A stretch of DNA of 64,000 bases, from positions 496,001-560,000 of the forward strand of contig NIVC01000591.1 of assembly GCA_002269645.1 (NCBI GenBank), given 5' to 3'. Below are positions 11,701 through 23,700 of the stretch, in pieces. Positions within the stretch are counted from its first letter, which is position 1; every line of letters begins with the position of its first letter. Origin of the DNA: Macrostomum lignano (taxonomy: Eukaryota). A program made the translations under genes and the position numbers. The notes beneath the pieces were generated by a model, which saw only the letters and a program-made list of their open reading frames with translations, ran no database searches and was not told the origin of the DNA.

Positions 11701-14700
11701 TGTACTGTCGCTTGATTCAACAGCAGGAGAAGTAACTTTGTCAATTTTAACAAGCAGACGAACCAATAGATGCACAATTAAAAAGACGTAAAAGCATCGT
11801 GTGCAGTAGGAACAGTAAGAGCAAATGTTTTTTAAGTCAATCCGGACACAACACTTACCAGCTATAAAGACTTTCGGTTCGCCGACTCGGCCAATTTCCT
11901 CGAGCTTGTCGATGGCTCCAGGACCACCGCCGACAGACGTCGAGCCCACGCCGCCGGAGTTCGCGCCAGAGCCGGAGACAGCGGCGCCGGCTTTCTTGTC
12001 GCATTCGTCGCTGGCGTCTTTTTTCGCGTCCGACGTATTGTCCACGTCCGCTAAGTTGTCCACAGCAATGGCCAGAAACACGTTTAACAGGATGTAGTTG
12101 CCGCAGATGAATAAGATGACAAAATAGAAGCTGACTAGAACTCTAGTGGCGTCCTTGGAGATCAAAATGTTTTTTTTTATTTTTTGAAGGTTTGATAGAA
12201 ATTTATGCGCTGTGTCATTCTCGAACGTTACACGTACATGTACAGGTTCTAACCTTTTGATCCCCGGTCTTATGATCTGCACTGTTATGCTTCCAGTTTT
12301 ACGAGAAAAATTTCTATTCATACGATCCCCACTCCTATGATGCCACTTTCCTAATCCCTTGCTCTTCTGATTCCCACCCTCATGATATCCAATCCCATGA
12401 TCCCCAATCTCGTGATCTTCAATCCCATGATCTCAAATCCCACGGTCTCTAATCCCATAATCCATAATTCCATATCCCATATCCCATGATCTCCAATCCC
12501 ATAATCTCCAATCCCACGGTCTCCAATCAAATAATCCATAATGCTCCACACTTTTATGATTCCCAATATTCTGATCTTAATTCAGTGGTCTGGTTATTTG
12601 TGATTTGAAATTTATTATTGATATGATCCTCGCCCTTATCATTTGATACGAACTTTTATATTCAGTGAAGCGTAAAAGGAATCTTATTATTAAGTGAGGA
12701 TTGCTTGCTTCTGGGTTTGTTTACTATTGGGGGGAATGCTTCTTATTTTTGTGGAGGCTTTCTTTCGTGGCGTACGCAGAAAAGTTTTTTATAAGCAGAA
12801 AATTGCAGCAAAAAATATCTACAGACAACTCATTTTTAGTATATAGAAAGGTGACTTTCCTTGACAATTTTACTCGAATAATGTGATTTATGAAACTGGA
12901 AAAGCAATACTTTTAAGAAAAATGTGATTTTGTTTTAATGAATTCACATGCATGGATAATTTTCGTCCCTGGCTTATTGGCCGCCCCGAAGGGGACATTA
13001 GATTGCTAGTCTGATACTAATTTTTATTAAACCGAATTCGAGTTCTATTAAGTCTCACAGCTCCTGCATCAAGGACACCTAAATTTAAATACCTAATGAT
13101 ATTAAACATTTTATAAATATTATTTTGAAAATCCGTACATTAAGACCACCGCTGCTGTTGATTCCGTCGTACATAACGCTGTTCCAATCTTCGCCAGTTA
13201 ATATCTGAAAAGAAGCACATTTTCAAGATATCAGATACGAGAACTGAGCAATGTTACTAAAAGTTTAGCACGTATTATTAAACATAGTTTCACCTGAAAG
13301 ACGGTAAGCAACGACTGCCAGAAGCTGTCAAAGTTGCTCCTCGGCTTGTGCGTTTCAAAATTAAATTTGCCGCCAAATAGTTGCATCCCCAGCAGGGCAA
13401 AGATCACAATGAACAGAAACAGTAGCAGCAGCAGGGAGATGATGCTCTTCATTGAGGACAGAAGTGAGGCTACAAGATTTCGCAGCGAGTTCCAGTAGCG
13501 AGTTACTTTGAATACTCGAAGTAGACGAGCGCATCGCAGTACAGAAATGCCGATATTCGGAATAAGGTTGGTCTCCGTGAGTAGCAGCTCCGATATAGAG
13601 GCGACAACGACGAAAAAGTCGAATTTGTTAAACAGAAAACTATAGTAAGTGCGAACTCCGAGCGAGTACATTTTCAAAAGCATCTCGAATGTGAACAGCG
13701 CCACGAATACATAGTTGGCCTTGTTTTGAAAGTCCTCGAGCCACAGTGGCTGATTGTAGAACTGGCTGGCCAGCACGCCAGTGTTGAGAAACACCAGCAG
13801 GATGATGATCCAGTAGGCTGCCTGCGACTTCACGCATCGGCGACAGGAGCGTCGGCTGCGACGGTTCCACTTGCGGAAGCCGCGACTGATCAGATTAAAT
13901 AGTTAGACGATGGTACTATTTATCAGGGTTATTGATACCCCATAATTGGATATTCATTGTGTTAATTGACATTTTACTCATTATCTTAGAGACAATTTAC
14001 AAAGTCAATTAGAAATTATCACTATGCAAAAATAAAGCAAAACGTTTGCACTAAAATTGTCCTCTGCTGCCCTGCTGCCTGCCGCCTGCTAACAATACAG
14101 AACTGCATGGCTTTCGAGCTCATTAACGCGTTAATCTTTGAATTTTATAAACTGTTTTAAGTGTTTTAAGTTTACTGAAAAAGTTTAATCAATCAATTCT
14201 GCTGCATTATGTGAGCCCATTATGCTACAGTATTCGTTAGTTAGTACGGAATTAAATAAGCCTTTGCCGTAGACATCCTCTACCGACAATACGAGCTCAT
14301 ACGAGCGTAATCCATTTGAAACAATCCATGTAACATGCCCGAGAATAAATTTGGATGTTCCTGGGGACTCTTCCCCAAGGTGCGCGCATTGTAAGTAGAT
14401 AGATATAGTCATTTAAAATGTTGATCTTACCTGTTCCGCTGCCACCAGCTCGGCTCTACGGCTGACTCCATCTCGCCCTCGCTTTTGGCCATAGAGTCAA
14501 ACTCAGCAATGGCATTCTCTGTGGGTTTGGACATCGCGTAGAGACCGTCGGTTCAGATTGGTTAATGAAAAATCCAGGAGAAATCAAAAGAAAAATTACT
14601 TCCTGCAAAGATGAAAGATAAGTTACAACAAAATGTTTTGGTGAGATTAGCTCGTACTGGTCAAAGAAAAGCAAACTTATGAAAAACTCTGGCAATTTTT

Positions 14701-17700
14701 TCCAAATGACTCGACTAATTTCGACTTTCCGGTGCAATTTTTCCAGTTCATTTTGAACTCGTGAAGTTTTTCATAAAATAATATTTTTTCCAAACGGTGC
14801 AGAATAAAAGCTCAATGGTGAGCGTGTTGGTCTGTTGGTTACAAAAGCGGTCTTACAATAAAAACAAATGCTCTGTACACATGTACGTAGACACCCATGC
14901 ATTTGTCTGTCTGCTAGACCTACACTTTACTGTGGCATGCTGCTGTCAGTACATGAATGCATTCAGCAAATTCACTCATGTCTTCTGTTAGTTCAGACTA
15001 CTGAAACGGTCTTAATAATAGTACATGTACTACTTACAAAGCGGAGAGGCTAGTTGGGTTATCTGCATAGTACGTCATGATAGCAGAAAAAACGCAAGAA
15101 AAACAGCTCTTTAGACTCAGGAGTAGAAAGGCAACAATTTTTATATAAAATCACTCACTAACATAACTTTTTCACGTGGAAAATCTTTTCTCACCAATAA
15201 ATTCTTCTAAATATGCCTCTGCCCCAAACCTATCCTCCTATGGTATTCTCCTAACTCATTAGTACACCCCAGTTCTCTAAACTTCTGCGTACACACATTG
15301 AATTGGTTTGATGTGGGGTTAGCCAGAGCTTCGAACAATAAAAGATAACAGACAAAAAAAACAAATGACGTGTGCTTTTCCACTGGCTAAGTGAACAACC
15401 AGTGCTCACTTCGAGCTCGCCTCCGTTTCATGAACTGCTCTCGGGCAGTCAGGCGCCTGTCCTGCGACTCGCGTCGCTCGCCGAACTCCGCAGCGTTACC
15501 TGACTCCGGCGCGGCTTTTAAAGCAAAAATTGAAAGACAGTGCCAAAGCGGAAATTAAATTTGAGCGATTGCTAAATTCGGACTCAATGAATGTGCATAC
15601 ACAGCTAGTTAAGAAGCAGTGTGGCTTAGAAAGAATACTTGCAACTGGATTACTCTAGCAGGATATCAGAGCGTAGGCCGTCACTCGTCTTGGAATCGAG
15701 GGACGTAGCCAGGGTCTTTCACTGGGACCCGAAGCTTTAGGGTAGCACTTCATTTGATACGGAGTCATTTTATTCGATTCACCCAGCCTCGCTGTGTTGG
15801 CTATCAAGGTAAAGTACGATAAAACTTTTATAGAGCTTTTAGTGGTTGCGCCGAACATAAGATCTTTGCAAGCATACTAACAGTAATACTTTCTGTAAAT
15901 AAATTTCAACTGAGTGGATGGCGGTCAATCGGTTTGATTCTACCTATAGAGAAAAGTCATTGATTTTTATACGTATTTACACGTTTTTTGTCTACTAAAG
16001 CGTCGTTCGCTTGGCAATAAATCGAACCATCAAACCCAAAATTTGATGTAAAAAGCTGTGTGATTACTCAAAATTGGTAGCCTGAATGAGCCTTTTTTGA
16101 TGGCCTCCTTTATTAAGGTTTCATTTTATACAACAATTTACTTTCACCGTGACATAGTGCAAGTACATGTATGAACTAGTTTTGGTCATTATTCCATAGT
16201 TAGTCCTGCTCTTTGATAGGCTCACCTCGCCACCCTAGAGTTTTCTTACCCCAGTACGCATTTTATCCCGCGACTATTTTATTATTATTATTATTATTTA
16301 TTCGTCCTTCATTATCTTTACATTAGCGTGAAATAACAGCGGAATAATTGCATCTACGAGCTATGCTGGGCTGTGCTGGACAACAATGCATTCTGCCTAT
16401 AGTATGTACCTTTATTCAGCATTAGCCAGAAAAACTGTTTAACATTACATATTCAACTCAGCTATATACGAGCAACCTATCCATTGCTTAGAAGTTGTGT
16501 CAGTGTCTACTAGAGCCTCCTGAAAGCTAGCTAAACAACATGGCAACTATTATTATCACAGTTCCAGTATGCCAAAGCAAGCAAGCCAGACCTGTACGCC
16601 TGAGCCAGAGTTTGAAAACATTGCGTCATTCCAGTAATACTAATGGGATCGGCGTGTCCTTGCGGTTTTAGGCTACTGGTTTGGGTTTACTGCTATTTTT
16701 ATTATCATGTACTTTAATTTGGTAGGTTGCTGCCACCAGACTAACGTCCCTTATAATTAATGTTAAATTAACATAAGTGAGACAAGAGTCAAAATTATGT
16801 GAGGTTTATTAGAAAATAAAAGAACAATATTATCAAAACCAAATATGCAAAGAGTGAATTACACTATTAGTTTCCTATGTTAATACTTCGGTAGACTCCG
16901 GTTCTTAATTAGACTAATGGTAGACTCCTTTAATCTTTCCCTTATTTTACCTAATTTGATTATACTAATATTCCTATTCTCGGTAGACTCTGTTGACTAA
17001 GTGGTAGACTCCTCTTAGCCTCCCTATGTTACCCTGGACTTACCCTTCCTTATTCCTTGAATCTTATAAATTTTCTTCTACAAAAGGGGAGACTCCCTTA
17101 CGTTCTAGTTTAAGCTTAAGACTTAGTCTCTGAAATATTGTCCTGATGGACTGTTGAACGGATGCTTTTCCCCGAGGCTAAACAGCCTTTTTCTAATGGA
17201 GGAACCCGCTAAGACTCGAATTCCCACAACTTCAGTTATTTCCCCGAGGGTGAACTACTGATAGTAGCGTGAAAGCAAAACTGTTTATTCTAGATTTCGA
17301 GCTACTAAAATAATTCATCTCGACGAATGGAATCACTTGGCAAACGCCTTAGCACAACTGCTTGAAATAACCCCCTACTACACTAATAATGGTAATAATT
17401 GATTACACCTGCCCCAATTGGGCCAGGTTTGCATCGACAGCTCAGCCGCACCCTCAATCACCCTAGCTAATAGTGGTACCCATTTTACAGCTGGGGTGAA
17501 TTGAAGCAATACAGAGTTGTCTTGCCCAAGTACACAAATTGTTCCAGTGGGATCACGAATCGAGCCCCCGACCTTCAAGTTGAGTCCACTATAGGCTGCA
17601 ACGCCCTTTGCAGTGCCATCGCAGTGTTAATGAACTGAAGTCAATCGCTCTGTTAAGGCTCTGGGTGAAGGCTTTCAATGCTGGTGAGTGTGTATTCGTA

Positions 17701-20700
17701 TTTACATGTTTTAGCAGACCATTATTTTGTGTCTCGGCTTTTTTTAGATGATGATGAATATAAAGTTTCTGAAGAGAAAGGGACAACTAGGGCGTACATG
17801 TATCTGTTGCGTCAGTACTGTAAATATTCTTGGATTTCAAATTTTCCGTTAAAGAAGAAAACCAACTTAAATCAACCCCTGAAGCCTAAAATATTAATTC
17901 AAAGAGCCCTTTGAAATAATCTAATTGAAGAGATAAAAATATCAGTTTTCTTCATTACCAATAATTTACGCAAACTGTTTGCAAAGCATCAGCTTTCTAA
18001 AAACAGAATTTTAAAAGCAGAGGAAGTTAATTGTGCAAAATTATGCTAAGACAAGACATAGTTCAGCTTTGTTCAAAATTTGTTTGAAATGTGTTTCTAG
18101 CAGTTTTCTTCAAACTAGTCTTGCAATTTTCGTTTGAGCAGACTTAGCAAGCGATTCTGCGATGCCTTGAATAGTTGGCATGTGCTGATAAATTTTTGTT
18201 TTGTCAGTGCCGATCGAGTGTGATCAGCTTCTGTGCCAGACAGAAGGCAAAGGTTGCTTAAATGCATGTCTAAGAGCAGCTGACTAAATATTCTGTAAGA
18301 CTACAATGAAAGCAGCTTTAGCATAACTAAAAGGTATTCTTAATGGTTGAAGAGATTCTCATATTTGTGAAAGCTAACAATATTTGATAGCAAAGACAAT
18401 TAATAAAAATTTAACTGGTGTTTGATAGGATTTCCAAAATTTTCCAGCCAAATTCGTACCAGAGGGAATTATGGGCGAATTTTGACCTAAAATGATTTGG
18501 CGATAAATAATTTTCAATCTTGATCAAAGCACTGGTTATTACAGTAAAAAAAATTAAGTTAATCAGAGAAAGATTCTGATTTATTGGGTATTATTAGAAA
18601 ATAAATAATAATAGCTTTGAAAATATTTGCGAAAAGATTTTTTGTTTAACTCACTTCTGACTTCTTCTTCTTCCTCCTCACCCTCGTCGTCGGAGAGATC
18701 CTCTGAAATTGGGATCGCACTTTGATTTTTAAAGAGTTCATTATAACAGCCTGGCCAACGGTCCCCAGCTCTCTCAATCTCTCTCAAGCCCTCAAAACCA
18801 AACGAGACTCACTAATTAAAAGAACCGGAAAGTCAAAAAGCCTCGTGAAGATGCTTTGTGTCAAAGGAAATGCTGGGCATGCGCGGGCCCACAGGGAACA
18901 CCTTGCACTGCTAATAAGCCTGCATGAAACGAACCTTCATTGTCAAGCTCATCATTAAATTCTCGCAAGATTTTAACAAATCTGTGGTTTAATTAGCTTA
19001 CAGAGTTTAATGAAAACAAAAACATCTTTTAGATTTCACATCCGACTATCGAAATCTATCTTTTCAATTATTATCTATAGACCTTCCCTGCCTTTGGAGC
19101 GTCGTTGAATCATATATATTTCACTAATTTGCTGCAGCAAGAAAAAGTGCCAATTTGATTCGCTTTGCAAAGATCAGTTACTACAATGACAATATCGAAT
19201 GGCAAGATTAAATAGTAAAGCGACCCCGTTAGACGTCGGAAACATATCGGCCGACGTCGAATTGATGTACGGGAAATTTCATGAATAACTTAATAAACGA
19301 GTTGATTTTTAATGTTTGTTCCTAATTATCCCCGAAGAAGGCACTAGGACGGACAAGCACTTTTTCTACCATTCCTTGTGATGATTTCTTACCTGCGGTT
19401 AGAATCCACTCCATATAGCCGTTATAATCCTCCTCAAACTTCATTCGCTCCCTCTGCTTGTGAAATTTGCCCTTCTTCTTGGCTTTCTCCCGCTCCTTGG
19501 AGAATTCTCTGCGGGTTGCGTGAAAATAAAAAAATAGAAAATATGCCGGCGACCTTGAGCTTTAACAAGGGAAATGTTTAGAAGCGGCATTAATATGCAG
19601 CTGTTTGGACATTTGTCTCTTCTCACAAACTCTTGAGTAATGATGATTACAGGGACAGCTAAAGTCTTCGAAATGATCTGGAGGCCAATGTAAGGAATGC
19701 ATACTTGTCTTATACAACAAATATACGCTCCTTAACCGCATCCAGGTCATTTTTTTAGTAAAACCAAGTTTAGCGTCTGTCTACTTCAGCTGTCCATGAA
19801 TGAGGGGTCTACAAGCTTATCGCATCGTTCAATGCAGGTTCTTTTCACCAGCTCTAAACTTGACATCATCAAGTCAGAAAGTCTTATATCGCTTTAGCTG
19901 GTGGCGTATCGAGTTAGTGAACGCCTCCAAGAAGGTTCATCTGCATTTATTCTAAGTATCGTTTTTATAGCCACTACATGCAAAGTTTCTTTGTTAGGGT
20001 ATTTTCAAACCGCTCATGTTTCATGCAGATTATCAATGCTTGAAAGTTTGTAGTTGCTAATTTATGTGCAGCGTTGAACCTTTTCATAATCGCATTTATG
20101 GGATTTAGGAAAAATTGGAGAAATTTCCTGTTATGAAAAACTATATTGCACTCAGGGAACCAGCGATTAGAAAGTGCTGTCGATTTTATGCTGGATGGAA
20201 CAGCTATTCAGTATGAAATTTGCGGTTCATTGAGTTTCGTTGCGGGAATTTTTCTTTCAGAAAGTTTAACTTAAAATATTATTGTATAATTTGACGTCAA
20301 AAAACAACGTATTATTTTTTCTGTCTGTTCTTTGTAGTCTAATTGTAGTCATGTTATGATAAAATTTAAATGAATCGATACATCTGCGATTTCATCAATG
20401 ACAATGGGTCCATTTTTTCTGTCAAATCGGTCCGTTCTGGTTATTTTTGAACGGTAAGGTCGCTGTCGCATTCTTATACTTTGCGTAACTTTGATCTGAG
20501 CTCGTAGATGTAGAATTATCCATTTGCCAGCGACGTCCATCGAATTCGAAAACGCGCAATTTGGGGATATTGAACGGGCTTCAACTTAGTGTTTAATGAT
20601 GCTCACCCGCTCAGCACTCCGAGAACCAGATTGAGAACAAAGAATGATCCAAGAATAATAAGGCTGACAAAGTACAGCCAGGCGAATTCTGGTCCAGTGC

Positions 20701-23700
20701 TGTCCGTGACATAGTACATCACGTCAGTCCAGCCCTCCATGGTGATGCACTGGAACACTGTCAGCATAGCCAGGCCGATATTATCGAAGTTGGTGATGCC
20801 CGAGTTCGGCCCGGGCCAGCGCTCAGTGATGCCCGGTTTTGGTCGCCAGTCTTTGTCCATGGGATTCGCATCGAAGCACGTCCAGTTTTCGTCGGACTTT
20901 GCCTCGGGATAGTCGACGCCCATGCAGCCCCAGCCTTTCAAATCGTCCGGATGGCGACTGTCGCAAGGACGGGGCTCGTTGCTAATCATCCCTAGGGATT
21001 TTAAGTGTTTTTAACTTTTTAGTAGTTTTTTATTTTAATTTGAAAATTTATTTTCGAGACAGAATATCTGAACAGGCACAACCGAAGTACGTGCACTTGG
21101 ATGACGTGTCCAGTTTCACTTATTGCTTCGTGGGTGTAAGTCAGGATTATTTAGAGATTTAGTGATTTAATCATCATTATTTTACTGTACGGTCAGCCCT
21201 AGGGGGCATCAAACGTACTGCAATACTTTGATAGCCTGTATGGGGTGTGGTCCCCCTCGACCCCTGGCTACATGCGCCTCAATTTTTAAGTTTGAAGCTC
21301 GCTTGAAGCTTTAAAATTCCATTGATTTAAGGGAATCCGCAGGTAACAGAATGGGGGACTTTGTAGGACAGACAATCCGAACAGAGAAGAGGCCAGTGCA
21401 ACTTGAAGCAGAAATGCAATATCCCTTGATGACATGCAGTACACTGTGGATCTACCTGCAATTCTACCCCCACCCCCCAGGGGGAAGCGCATATTTAGGC
21501 AGAAGAAGGAGAAGAAGAGAAGAGAATCGATGAAGAGCACGAGACTACCTGCAGTCATTGCGGTGTTTCCCTACTGCTCAGCGGCCAGATTGGCTGCAGG
21601 GACTCAATGCGATGAGGGCTCAATTCGCTACACAGCCAAATCGGGCAAGTGCGGAAGCGAGCCGGTCATGCAGGGGTGAGCAGGGAAGGAAGACTTGTGT
21701 TTCTAGCTCATTACTGCAGAGAGATTGAGAAAGAAGCGAGAGAGCACAATATGCATCTGGACGCAAATCAGAGAGGCGAGTAGCGTGTGAGACTGCGGCT
21801 CTGCAAAAGCAGTGAGAGTTTGTGCATGCCTTTACTAGATAATCTCAGAGCAACTCATCCATCTGGGACGGTGCCTGAGGCTGTTGTGGACGACTTGAGT
21901 AAGATTAAGGGTGCCTATACACTGCAAGCTAGAGCCCGCAGATTTATGAGTACTGCCAGATAGGTATTCGGGTTTCATCGCTGATAACTAGAAATTGACT
22001 TATTGCTGTGTGATAGCAGATAAGGGCCTGATTCATTTGGATAAAGGAAGTAATTTTTCGAAAAGAAACGTAGCAAGATATGATGCATATTTTACAACAA
22101 AGAGTTTTTGTTTGCTTGGCCAAATCATCTTTCTGTCTCGTGCATGAAACGTAAACTAAGAGCGTAGGCTGTTCTTGATAGAGTTCTGTTGGTCATTGTA
22201 TTGATAATTTCACCTAAACACTGGGTCATTATTCCACAATTACTCCAAAATATAAATTTACCCAATATACAAATTCCATCACGTGACTGCTTTCTACACC
22301 TTTATTTTCAATTCATCCCACCTTATCTTATCTTTGCTTAGGCGTAAAATAACTTTGGCATAGTGGTAGATTAATTAGTGTGTAGCTGAGTTAAATAATG
22401 GCCAAATATGAAGAGCTAAAACGCTGAAATGATGCCATTATTCTACACTTACTTCGGGCTAATGCAAAAATAAGGAACTTTGTACATGGGTTAATCAATG
22501 TACATTGGGGAGCAACTGTGGATTAATGGCTAACACTATTGTTTCTGAGTGAAAGTATATATACAATGACATGTAGTTTCTTTTGATTTGTTTTAATTAG
22601 ACCCTGACAATGCCCGCGCCAAAACTACGACTTTGAAAGTTCAAAGACGACTGAATTAATCTATATTTATTTAAGTAATCTAATCTAAGAAGTAATCTAC
22701 TTAAGTAGTCTTTGTGAAAACTCGGCACTCACAGAAGCCGGTGTTGTGGTCCTGTCGGTAGCAGGCACCGTGCAGTTTACCGGAGAACATCTCAAGACCA
22801 ATTATGGCATAGATGAGTATAACAAAGATTACTAGCAGAGCAATATGCAGTAAAGGTAGCATCGCTCGCATGATTGAGTTGAGCACAACTTGTAGGCTTG
22901 GCAAGCCGGACACAAGCCTGAGAGGTCGCAATACTCGAAACGCTCTCAGCGCTTTGATGTCAAGAGACTTTGGCAGCAAGCTCTGCAGAGCAATGCTGAA
23001 CAGTCCCATTACAACGATGATAAAGTCTAATACGTTCCAGAAGTTTCTCAGATAAGCGTTTGGGTCCATGACGAAGCCCTGGGCGATGATTTTCAGGCAG
23101 CACTCCAGCGTAAATATGCCAGTGAAGACCAGCTCCAGCTTTTCCTGCAAACATTGCAGGGAGAAAGTGGTTTAAAAGAGTTTCAAAATTCTGATGCCAA
23201 CAATTTGCCGATGTATTTGTCTATAGTCTGACTTTTTTAAGTTAGCTATTAGGTTAAGACATTGAAGAAAACTTTTTAAGCTAAGAATTTTGGCTTAGCA
23301 TATTTTGCTTTTTGTTAATTGATATTAAATCTTGTTCAGAAGTGACGCTTTTTTTGTCAAACAGCGTTGCTTTATAACACAAAATCAAATTTTAACATAG
23401 GCTTCTTCCCTCTTCCTCTTGACATTTTCTAGATAATATGTAGCTTTATATAGATTTGGGAAATCTCATTTTAAATGTAGCATGACTGACTAAGTGCTTT
23501 ACAGAAAATTCTCTGACTCCCCTAAAAGCACTGACGCGACGGTGCATCGAACGTCAGTCCAGTCTCCAAAGACGAAATAAGCACTTAACACTCACCAAAA
23601 ATAGATTGGCATCGTTTGAGTCGAGCTCCGGGTAGGGTTTTGTAGCGGCCAGGGCCACGCAGTTGGCGAAGATTGTCAGCAAGATGATTATTTCGAACGG

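Noticed and set aside
16780-17110. LTR-like fragment (AATAAA...CA on minus strand, repeated GTAGACTC)
   Set aside because: No partner LTR, PBS, PPT or coding remnant seen
21390-22030. GC-richer intronic block and similar blocks at 37360-38200, 41820-42150, 43810-44620, 46840-47130, possibly decayed retroelements or exons
   Set aside because: No recognisable motif in any frame by eye; needs tBLASTx/Dfam
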